Of a stretch of DNA of 32,000 nt, positions 9,429 through 17,705 are shown one piece after another. The position numbers and the translations under genes are program-made. Position 1 is the stretch's first letter. Each line of letters opens with the position of its first letter. This DNA is from Raphidiopsis brookii D9 (GTDB lineage: Bacteria; Cyanobacteriota; Cyanobacteriia; Cyanobacteriales; Nostocaceae), in contig ACYB01000035.1 in NCBI GenBank assembly GCA_000175855.1, positions 60,001 through 92,000 of the forward strand, given 5' to 3'. Below the pieces are notes generated by a model that was not told the DNA's origin, ran no database searches, and saw nothing but the letters and a program-made list of their open reading frames with translations.

Positions 9429-9781
9429 GTTTTTGTCTGGGAGCTAATCAATGAATAAAAAGAGGTTTTTGCCTATAGTGTAATAACGTTACTCAATAGG
9501 TCTAGTAGAAGGTTAGTTAGTTTAGTTTTTTTTTGAGAAGTTTTGTTATTGAACGGGCTTTAACAACTAAGTATTAGTTAACAAATCTTTAGAATTCTCT
9601 ATTTATTTGGTTAAGCAGTTTATCCCATAATGGTTTTGGTATTTAACAAAAGTTATCTAGAATTTATTTACTAGCAAATACTAACATGAAATCGTTTTTA
9701 GGTAAATTTTTTTTATATTTGGTTTTGGCTTAGTATATGGTTATTTTAGCCATCATGTGCAAATGGTCGGAGGCAAAATGC

Positions 9782-10093
9782 CTATCCAACGTTGTGACCA
9801 AGGCACAGTTCAAAAGTCCTCAATCCTTCCGCTTGTTCATAATTAAGAACAACCTCTTTAACTATGGCAGCAGCTGGTCCCTCATGGCACCATCGTAACA
9901 TCTCTTCTACAATATCTCTATATCCTTCAAAAACTGCTTCTACTCGACCATCGGGAAGATTTCTCACCCACCCAGTTAAACCTAAATGGGTGGCGGTGTC
10001 TACGGTTGCATATCGGTATCCAACGCCTTGAACTCGTCCGGTAATAAAAACATGGGCCCGAACCAGTTTTGTGATTTCTGTGGTGTTTTCCAT
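9782..10093 (-). CDS. acyP: Acylphosphatase
   Basis: 103-aa ORF with the signature VFITGRVQGVGYRYAT...GLTGWVRNLPDGRVEAVFEG. Confidence 0.92.
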   Translation of the reverse strand: MENTTEITKLVRAHVFITGRVQGVGYRYATVDTATHLGLTGWVRNLPDGRVEAVFEGYRDIVEEMLRWCHEGPAAAIVKEVVLNYEQAEGLRTFELCLGHNVG

Positions 10094-10156
10094 GGTTTAG
10101 TGATTATAATGTGATGGTAAATTAACAAGCTTTTTAGTTGTAAGAAATGCTTAACC

Positions 10157-10534
10157 ATGTGTAACTTACCACAACTCAACAAAGAAACTATTTGGGATAT
10201 CATCAACGAAAAAATTGATGACCTTACTGTTAATAGGTTGGTGTGGCACTATTTAGGCTACAGATATGATTATAATCTAGAAACATGGGATAATACCCGA
10301 GTGACTCCTGAATGGGTTGCTGATTATCCCCAACCCCCCAACTTCATAGAGTCCCGCCCTGCAACCGTTAAGTTAACCCGTTCTATTCCCCCAGATGATA
10401 AACAACTACTAAAAGAAAAATTAGGCTTTAAAGGTTATAAGCTTGGTGAATTTGGACCTAGACAGACTCGCCGTGCTACCATTGCCAGCTGGTTGTTAAG
10501 TTATATGATGACTAACTATGATGGAATAGAGTAG
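10157..10534 (+). CDS. Conserved hypothetical protein (cyanobacterial/plastid-lineage small protein, possibly DUF1823; from memory)
   Basis: 125-aa ORF with an ATG start and coding-like composition. The 3' end overlaps the dnaE-N 3' end by 19 nt in convergent orientation. Confidence 0.7.
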   Translation: MCNLPQLNKETIWDIINEKIDDLTVNRLVWHYLGYRYDYNLETWDNTRVTPEWVADYPQPPNFIESRPATVKLTRSIPPDDKQLLKEKLGFKGYKLGEFGPRQTRRATIASWLLSYMMTNYDGIE

Positions 10535-13164
10535 TTCATGGTCCCAGAAACCTGAACTAGTTCCCAACCTTGATGAAATATTTCGTCAATAGGTACCATT
10601 TCCCCTTGGGTGGTCATAAATTTGTGATCCTTCGTTGCTCTAATTGTTGAACCATCGTCTAAACAGTATTCGTATAATTCTTGCACCCCCCTGTCATGCC
10701 ATTGACCGATAGGTTGGGTGTAGACGTTACCACTGTCATTCACACTAAATACTGTACAGACCATTTGCTTATCCACAATTTCTCCAATGGGCAAAAATCC
10801 ATACTCTAGAGTTAAAACTTCCGTTTCATAACTCAAACAATACTCAGCAAATTTTAACATATCCGCAAATAATTGTTCAGCAACTTGTTTTTTGACTCCG
10901 TTTTTTGTTGCTCCATCAATGAATTTTTCCTGCTGTTTTTGCATTTCTGCTACCTTCTTTTTCCCCATAGCACGACGTAGGAGATCTGCTTGTCCGAGAG
11001 AGTAGCCAGCCATATCTTGAGCAATTTTCATAATCTGCTCTTGATAGACCATAATTCCGTAGGTTTCATTTAGTATGGGTTGTAAAATCTGGGATTCGTA
11101 ATCAATAGATTCCCGGCCATGCTTACGATTAATAAACTTAGGAATCAACCCAGCATCTAGGGGACCGGGTCTATACAGAGCTAAAATTGAAGATATATCT
11201 TCAATATTGGAGGGTTTCAGGTCTCTAACAATTTGTTTCATTCCCGAAGATTCTAATTGAAATACACCCTCTAGATCTCCTGATTCCAGAAGAGAATAGG
11301 CTTGAGCTACATCTTTAGGTAAGGTGCTATATTCACCTTTAGCTAGGATTTTTTGGGCTTTTCTTTCTTGACGGGTAATATCATCTGGATCTATTGTATA
11401 ACCTCGGTTTTGTTCAATTAAATCTATAGTTTTTGAATTAGGGTCAGATTTCTCAGACCCAAAAAAGTCCATTTTCAACAAGCCCAGAGACTCCAAATCC
11501 TCCATAAAATATTGAGTGATAACCGAACCATCATTGTTCTTCTGTAATGGCACAATTTCATCTAATGGCTCGGAGGAAATTACTACTCCTGCTGCATGAA
11601 CACCGAAGGTTTTGTTAGTTCCCTCAATGCGCATGGCCATATCTATCCAACGACGAACATGCTGTTCCTTATCATATTTGGCCTTGAATTCTGGTTCTGG
11701 AGTTTCATCAGAAATCATTACCTTGAGTTTTGTGGGTTTTCCCCTGACTACGGGAATCATCTTGGCCATTTTGTCTGCTTCACCATAGGGGATATCTAAT
11801 ACCCTGGCTACATCTTTAAGGACTGCTTTTGATGTTAAACGGTTAAAGGTAATAATTTGAGCGACCTTATCCGCACCATATTTTTCTGTTACATAACTAA
11901 TGACTTGATCCCGTTTTTCAATACAAAAGTCTGTATCAATATCAGGCATAGATTTGCGCTCTGGGTTCAAAAATCGCTCAAATAGTAGTCCGTGATGTAC
12001 GGGATCAATATTGGTAATTCCCATGGCATAAGCTACTAATGAACCAGCTGCTGACCCTCGACCCGGACCTACAGGAATGTTGTGGTCTCGGGCAAATTTA
12101 ATGTAGTCCCAAACTACTAAAAAGTAGCTGGAAAAACCCATTTGCTCAATCATTTTTAGTTCATATTCTAGCCTTTCTTTGTATAGAGTATCTACCTCAT
12201 TACGAGATTTACGATTTAATCTTTTTAATAGTCCTTGCCAAGCTACTTCTTCTGTATAGGTATCCGGTGTGTGTCCTGTGGGAATGGGTGGTGTGGGAAT
12301 TTTGGGTTCGTCCATAATATTATAGACTTCCACTTTCTCTGCTACTTCTGTTGTGGTAGCAATGGCTTCAGCAATTACATCATCTGTCAGGTGATCTCGA
12401 AATAGTAACTGCATTTCTTGAGTGGATTTTAGGTACTCAGTCCCGCTATACCGCATTCGCTTATCATCTGCAATTAGTTTACCAGTTTGAATACAAAGTA
12501 GGGCATCATGGGCTTCTACGTCAAAACAGGATATGTAATGGGAATCATTGGTGGCAATGAATTTAATGCCTAGTTCTCGGGCAATTTTTACAAGTTCTAC
12601 ATTGACAATTCTATCTTCCTGAGAACCATGATCTTGAATTTCTAAGTAAAAGTCTTCCCCAAATACTCCTTTATACCACCTGGCAACTTTTCTGGCTGTC
12701 TCTAATTTGCCTCCCAGTACTGCTTGGGGAATTTCTCCTGCTAAACAAGCGCTGGTTACTATTAAACCTTCTTTATGTTCTTCGAGCAAATTTTTATTAA
12801 TACAAGGACGAGAAAAAATTCCTTTCCCTTGGGTTCCTTTTAGATGGGAAATGGTGGTTAGTTTGACTAGGTTCTTATAACCTTTGGTGTTTTTGGCCAA
12901 CACAACTTGATGGTATCTCGGACGACGTTCTTGTTTTTCAATGTCTCCGTTGATGATATACATCTCGTTACCTATTATTGGCTTGAATCCTGGTTTGCTA
13001 CGACAGATTTTAATTAACTCTATGGCTCCATACATTACGCCATGGTCTGTCAATGCTAAACTGTTCATCCCTAGGGCGATCGCCTGCTCTACTAACTCTG
13101 GTATTTGACTAGCGCCGTCTAGTAAACTGTAGTCACTGTGAAGATGTAAAGGTACAAAGGACAT
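10516..13164 (-). CDS. dnaE: DNA polymerase III alpha subunit, N-terminal split half (DnaE-N) fused to a split-intein N fragment
   Basis: 882-aa ORF. It has the PHP domain start ([19 protein letters not shown]) and Pol III alpha core motifs ([33 protein letters not shown]). The extein ends at ...KFAEY and is followed by CLSYETE..., the intein N block. Confidence 0.96.
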   Translation of the reverse strand: MSFVPLHLHSDYSLLDGASQIPELVEQAIALGMNSLALTDHGVMYGAIELIKICRSKPGFKPIIGNEMYIINGDIEKQERRPRYHQVVLAKNTKGYKNLVKLTTISHLKGTQGKGIFSRPCINKNLLEEHKEGLIVTSACLAGEIPQAVLGGKLETARKVARWYKGVFGEDFYLEIQDHGSQEDRIVNVELVKIARELGIKFIATNDSHYISCFDVEAHDALLCIQTGKLIADDKRMRYSGTEYLKSTQEMQLLFRDHLTDDVIAEAIATTTEVAEKVEVYNIMDEPKIPTPPIPTGHTPDTYTEEVAWQGLLKRLNRKSRNEVDTLYKERLEYELKMIEQMGFSSYFLVVWDYIKFARDHNIPVGPGRGSAAGSLVAYAMGITNIDPVHHGLLFERFLNPERKSMPDIDTDFCIEKRDQVISYVTEKYGADKVAQIITFNRLTSKAVLKDVARVLDIPYGEADKMAKMIPVVRGKPTKLKVMISDETPEPEFKAKYDKEQHVRRWIDMAMRIEGTNKTFGVHAAGVVISSEPLDEIVPLQKNNDGSVITQYFMEDLESLGLLKMDFFGSEKSDPNSKTIDLIEQNRGYTIDPDDITRQERKAQKILAKGEYSTLPKDVAQAYSLLESGDLEGVFQLESSGMKQIVRDLKPSNIEDISSILALYRPGPLDAGLIPKFINRKHGRESIDYESQILQPILNETYGIMVYQEQIMKIAQDMAGYSLGQADLLRRAMGKKKVAEMQKQQEKFIDGATKNGVKKQVAEQLFADMLKFAEYCLSYETEVLTLEYGFLPIGEIVDKQMVCTVFSVNDSGNVYTQPIGQWHDRGVQELYEYCLDDGSTIRATKDHKFMTTQGEMVPIDEIFHQGWELVQVSGTMNYSIPS
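10519..10839 (-). other. Split-intein N fragment (DnaE IntN), 107 codons
   Basis: The sequence is [99 protein letters not shown]... It aligns by eye with the Nostoc punctiforme DnaE IntN recalled from memory (CLSYETEILTVEYGLLPIG...ATKDHKFMT...PIDEIF). The Cys1 codon is at 10839-10837. Confidence 0.93.
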
Positions 13165-13369
13165 AAAGTAAATTTATACTGGTTGAAGTTAGTTTAAATT
13201 TGTTAAATTTAAAGGAAATATTCTCAATTGCTATAACTTTGTCAAATTTCCGTTTGACGTTATTTTATATTTCCTATGATATTATATGTACCTAACCGAT
13301 GGATGGCAAAAATTAAACCACCAAAATCCATTAAACTCAAATTTCAAATTTTAATATCTAATTAATTTA

Positions 13370-14365
13370 ATGCAGTTTCAAATAAGAGAATCCAGATCCA
13401 TACTAGCTTCTTTATTATTAATTGCCCCATTTTTCCTTTGGGGTACGGCAATGGTAGCCATGAAGGGAGTAATTTCCCATACTACACCTCTATTTATGGC
13501 GGGTGTGCGTTTAGTGCCAGCGGGAGTGCTTATTTTAATAGTCGGTGCATTTATGGGTAAACATCAACCCAAAGGATGGTTAGCATGGTTATGGATTGGG
13601 TTATTTGCCGTGGTTGATGGCACCCTATTCCAAGGTTTTCTAGGAGAGGGGTTAGCTAGAACCAGTGCGGGTTTGGGTTCTGTAATGATTGATTCCCAAC
13701 CTTTAGCTGTTGCTCTATTATCATGGTGGTTGTTTCAAGAACGTATTGGTCTATGGGGATGGTTAGGACTAGCATTAGGAGTGATTGGTATTAGTTTAAT
13801 TGGATTACCCCAGGAGTGGATCTGGCATTTTATTCACTCAGGTGTGGTGACCAATAGTACCAACAATAATTTGTTTGATAATTCATTACCCCTATTTGCT
13901 AGTGGCGAATGGTTAATGTTACTGGCAGCTTTATCCATGGCCCTGGGAACAATATTAATTCGCTTTGTTAGTAAATACACTGACCCTGTAATAGCTACTG
14001 GATGGCACATGATTTTGGGAGGAATACCACTTTGGGGAATTTCTTCTTTCCTAGAAGTTGACCAATGGCAAAATATACTACCCACTGATTGGGTGGCATT
14101 AACTTATGCTACCGTATTAGGCAGTGCGATCGCATACGGTTTATTCTTTTACTTTGCCTCCACTGGCAACCTAACAAGTTTAAGTTCTTTAACCTTTCTC
14201 ACTCCGGTATTTGCATTAATATTTGGTCGTATTTTACTGGGAGAGGTTTTGACTGGGATGCAATGGGTAGGAGTTATGATCACACTGATTAGCATCTATT
14301 TAATTAATCAAAGAGAAAATCTACCAGGACAGGAAGATCAGAAAGTGGAGACCATTAATGGCTAA
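13370..14365 (+). CDS. EamA/DMT-superfamily transporter (about 10 TM helices)
   Basis: 331-aa ORF, highly hydrophobic, with two EamA-like halves (LWGTAMVAMK..., PLWGISSFLE...GSAIAYGLFFY). Confidence 0.88.
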   Translation: MQFQIRESRSILASLLLIAPFFLWGTAMVAMKGVISHTTPLFMAGVRLVPAGVLILIVGAFMGKHQPKGWLAWLWIGLFAVVDGTLFQGFLGEGLARTSAGLGSVMIDSQPLAVALLSWWLFQERIGLWGWLGLALGVIGISLIGLPQEWIWHFIHSGVVTNSTNNNLFDNSLPLFASGEWLMLLAALSMALGTILIRFVSKYTDPVIATGWHMILGGIPLWGISSFLEVDQWQNILPTDWVALTYATVLGSAIAYGLFFYFASTGNLTSLSSLTFLTPVFALIFGRILLGEVLTGMQWVGVMITLISIYLINQRENLPGQEDQKVETING

Positions 14366-14754
14366 TGAAAGAAGCGGTCTAAAGCAGCTTTTAATTGCTC
14401 CATTTCCGCATCAATGTTACCATTTTGGGCAGCTCGGCTAATACATTCGGTTAAATGTTCATCCAGGACGATGCGAGCAACCTTATCTAATGCACCTCGA
14501 ACCGCAGCTATTTGTAATAACACCTCTGGACAGGGGCTGTTCTGTTGCACCATGGTTTTAATACCGCGAATGTGTCCCTCTATGCGGGATATTCGGTTGA
14601 CAATTCGTCTGAGAGATTCTTCCGTATGAACATGAGGATGAACTGCTCCCACTAACCCCGAATTGTGATCTGGATGTTGTTGATGGTCATGGTTATGATG
14701 GTGAGTATGTACATCCTGGGAAAAATCATCAGCTAAAGTATTTGACGGATTCAT
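14362..14754 (-). CDS. CsoR/RcnR (DUF156) family metal-sensing transcriptional repressor with a His-rich N-terminus (InrS-like)
   Basis: 130-aa ORF with the core RRIVNRISRIEGHIRGIKTMV. The C...H-x3-C ligand pattern is present (SPCPEVL...DEHLTEC). The N-terminal tract is HTHHHNHDHQQHPDH...HPHVH. Confidence 0.88.
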   Translation of the reverse strand: MNPSNTLADDFSQDVHTHHHNHDHQQHPDHNSGLVGAVHPHVHTEESLRRIVNRISRIEGHIRGIKTMVQQNSPCPEVLLQIAAVRGALDKVARIVLDEHLTECISRAAQNGNIDAEMEQLKAALDRFFH

Positions 14755-14856
14755 AGATTATAAAATGCTGGACTTGAATTTTTGAGCTTCCACCTCAATA
14801 ATAACTTTAGCTAAATTGGTAAGTAGAACAAGATAAAAATTGTAGATTAGGTTTTA

Positions 14857-16020
14857 ATGATGCGATTTCCTAAAGTTCGTCATTCCCCAATTACCTCTCG
14901 TGTGATAGCAATGTTCATGGGTGTGATGTTAATGGTTTCCAGTCTGTTAGTTGCACCCTCCCAAGCACAATCGATACCTGCTGCAACTGCTGCAATTGGT
15001 AAAAGCAGTTTTGTGACTACCGCAGTTAATCGTGTTGGGTCCGCTGTAGTGAGAATTGACACTGAAAAAACCATTTCTCGTCCGGTTGACCCCATTATGG
15101 AAGATCCATTCTTCCGACGCTTTTTTGGTGATACCTTCCCACCCATGTCACCAACAGAGCAGTTAAGAGGTTTGGGTTCTGGTTTCATTATTGATAAGAG
15201 CGGCTTAGTATTGACCAATGCCCACGTGGTAGATCAAGCGGATAAAGTGACGGTGAGATTAAAAGACGGTAGAACTTTTGAAGGCAAAGTTCAAGGCATT
15301 GATGAAGTAACAGACTTAGCAGTAGTTAAAGTCAATGCAGGTAAAGACCTACCAGTAGCTGCATTAGGTTCTTCTAATAATGTACAAGTAGGGGATTGGG
15401 CGATCGCAGTGGGAAATCCTTTAGGATTTGATAATACAGTCACCTTAGGAATTGTTAGTACCTTAAAACGTTCCAGCGCCCAGGTAGGAATCAGTGATAA
15501 AAGACTAGACTTCATTCAAACCGACGCAGCGATTAATCCTGGTAACTCAGGTGGTCCATTATTAAATGCGGATGGGGAAGTAATTGGTATTAACACAGCT
15601 ATTCGTGCTGATGCTATGGGTATAGGTTTTGCCATACCCATTGATAAAGCCAAAGTAATTGCGGCCCAATTACAAAAGAACGGTAAGGTTGCCCATCCTT
15701 ATTTAGGAGTGCAGATGATTACCTTAACACCCCAATTAGCTAGACAAAATAACACCGATCCCAACTCTACTTTTGAACTACCAGAAGTAAATGGGGTATT
15801 AGTAATGAGAGTTGTACCCAACTCCCCTGCTGCTGAGGGTGGTGTTCGACGTGGGGATGTGATTACAACAATTGATGACCAACCCATAAGTAATGCTGAA
15901 CAACTACAACAAGTGGTCGAGGATAGTCGTCTAGGTCAGGTTTTGCGAGTGAAAGTCCAAAGAGGTAATAAAATCCAGAATCTTTTGGTAACAACCGCTG
16001 AATTACAAAATATTTCCTAG
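14857..16020 (+). CDS. Periplasmic HtrA/DegP-family serine protease with a C-terminal PDZ domain
   Basis: 387-aa ORF with a signal-like N-terminus. The catalytic triad context is TNAHVV, D in EVTDLAVVKV, and TDAAINPGNSGGPLL. A PDZ-like region (GVLVMRVVPNSPAAEGGVRRGDVI) follows. Confidence 0.93.
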   Translation: MMRFPKVRHSPITSRVIAMFMGVMLMVSSLLVAPSQAQSIPAATAAIGKSSFVTTAVNRVGSAVVRIDTEKTISRPVDPIMEDPFFRRFFGDTFPPMSPTEQLRGLGSGFIIDKSGLVLTNAHVVDQADKVTVRLKDGRTFEGKVQGIDEVTDLAVVKVNAGKDLPVAALGSSNNVQVGDWAIAVGNPLGFDNTVTLGIVSTLKRSSAQVGISDKRLDFIQTDAAINPGNSGGPLLNADGEVIGINTAIRADAMGIGFAIPIDKAKVIAAQLQKNGKVAHPYLGVQMITLTPQLARQNNTDPNSTFELPEVNGVLVMRVVPNSPAAEGGVRRGDVITTIDDQPISNAEQLQQVVEDSRLGQVLRVKVQRGNKIQNLLVTTAELQNIS

Positions 16021-16041
16021 ACCTAGGGAGAAATCTTAAAT

Positions 16042-16073
16042 AATTCATCTCCCGTAAAATCCGGGGATGAATT
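16042..16073 (+). terminator. Stem-loop downstream of the HtrA gene (candidate terminator with a weak U-tract)
   Basis: AATTCATC(T)CCCG - TAAAATC - CGGGGATGAATT forms a 12-bp stem with one bulged T. It starts 22 nt after the stop codon and is followed by only one further T (TAGTAAA), since the preceding Ts are already paired in the stem. Confidence 0.35.
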
Positions 16074-16199
16074 TAGTAAACTTTGTCAAAAATATATGTT
16101 AAAGTTAGTGTTGTGTACCTCTCCAAAGATAAGTAGGCCACACTCAAGTTTTTCCGCCAGGAAAACGCTTGTAAATCCTTTCATATAGGTTATTTGACC

Positions 16200-17639
16200 A
16201 TGTCAGATTTAATTTTATTTTGGCATCGCCGAGACTTACGTACTTCTGACAATACGGGACTAGGAGTTGCCAGGGAAAAAACCAAAAAAGTAGTAGGTGT
16301 TTTCTGCTTAGACCCTAACATATTAGGACAGGATGATATAGCACCTGCTAGAATAACCTACATGATTGGCTGTTTGAAATCATTAGAGAGTCTATATCTA
16401 CAAGCTGGCAGCCAGTTACTAATTTTACATGATAATCCGGTGAGAGCTATTCCTAACTTAGCTGAAGCTCTTGAAGCAAAGGCAGTTTTTTGGAATTGGG
16501 ATGTAGAACCCTATGCACAAATACGAGATCGGGATGTAACTCTAGCACTAAAAACCAGAGGTATTGAAACCTTAGAGAAAAATTGGGATCAATTATTGCA
16601 TTCACCGGAGACAATTCTCAGCGGTACGAGGACACCCTATACGGTTTATACTCCCTTTTGGAAAAAGTGGCATAGTCAACCAAAGCTCGAACCAATAGAA
16701 ATCTTAGCCAACTGTGAGAACTTAACAGCTAGAGAAGAGGAAATAGCTGAAAAATCAGGGGTAATTAAATTGCCCACTGCAAGGGATTTAGGTTTTATCT
16801 GGGATGGAGAACTAATACTTGAACCGGGGGAAGTAGCAGCTTGGGAAAGACTAACAGATTTTCTGGATTGTGCCATTGATGAATATGAAGAAAAGAGAAA
16901 CTATCCAGCCATTGATGGCACATCTTTGTTGAGTCCCGCCCTGAAATTTGGGGTAATTGGAATTAGGACTATCTGGCAAAAAACTCAAGAGTTATTAGCC
17001 ATAAGCAACAGTCAAGAGTTTAGTAATGGTATTATCACTTGGCAAAAAGAACTAGCTTGGCGCGAATTTTATCAGCATGCCATGTACCACTTTCCTGAAT
17101 TAGCTGAAGGTGCATATAGGGATGTTTTTAAAAACTTTCCCTGGTCTGATAACCAAGATCACTTTCAGTCCTGGTGTGAAGGAAAAACTGGTTATCCGAT
17201 TGTAGATGCTGCTATGCGACAATTAAATGAGACCGGTTGGATGCACAATAGGTGTAGAATGATAGTGGCGAGTTTTTTAACTAAGGATTTAATCATTAAT
17301 CCTCAGTGGGGGGAGAAGTATTTTATGCAGAAACTCATTGATGGTGATTTATCTGCCAATAATGGAGGATGGCAATGGAGTGCATCTAGTGGAATGGATC
17401 CCAAACCATTAAGAATTTTTAACCCGTCTAGCCAAGCACAAAAATTTGATGGCGATGGGGAATATATTAGACACTGGGTAGGGGAATTGGCATCTGTGGA
17501 TACGGAATATTTAATTGGTGGTAATATAACACCCTTGGAACGCCAAGGTCTTGGTTATCCCCCACCTATCGTAGACCATAAAAAACAGCAAGCTCTATTT
17601 AAACAATTGTATCAACAGCAGAAAGTGGCTTTTGGTTAG
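16200..17639 (+). CDS. phrA: Deoxyribodipyrimidine (CPD) photolyase, class I
   Basis: The ORF is open from TTG at 16194, but I prefer the ATG at 16200 (MSDLILFWHRRDLR). FAD-binding-domain motifs are present (TSLLSPALKFG, GWMHNRCRMIVASFLTKDL, DGDLSANNGGWQW). Confidence 0.93.
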   Translation: MSDLILFWHRRDLRTSDNTGLGVAREKTKKVVGVFCLDPNILGQDDIAPARITYMIGCLKSLESLYLQAGSQLLILHDNPVRAIPNLAEALEAKAVFWNWDVEPYAQIRDRDVTLALKTRGIETLEKNWDQLLHSPETILSGTRTPYTVYTPFWKKWHSQPKLEPIEILANCENLTAREEEIAEKSGVIKLPTARDLGFIWDGELILEPGEVAAWERLTDFLDCAIDEYEEKRNYPAIDGTSLLSPALKFGVIGIRTIWQKTQELLAISNSQEFSNGIITWQKELAWREFYQHAMYHFPELAEGAYRDVFKNFPWSDNQDHFQSWCEGKTGYPIVDAAMRQLNETGWMHNRCRMIVASFLTKDLIINPQWGEKYFMQKLIDGDLSANNGGWQWSASSGMDPKPLRIFNPSSQAQKFDGDGEYIRHWVGELASVDTEYLIGGNITPLERQGLGYPPPIVDHKKQQALFKQLYQQQKVAFG

Positions 17640-17705
17640 ATTATTTTCATACCATAAACCACCCAGAAAAATCCATACTATATCATCTTTATTATAAACT
17701 GTCTT

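Noticed and set aside
9480-9492. NtcA-like site GTAATAACGTTAC upstream of prlC
   Set aside because: The spacer is 7 nt, not 8, so it does not fit the GTA-N8-TAC consensus.
14755-14856. Operator for the CsoR/InrS-like repressor in its own upstream spacer
   Set aside because: I could find no G/C-tract inverted repeat of the kind bound by CsoR-family proteins, so no operator is called.
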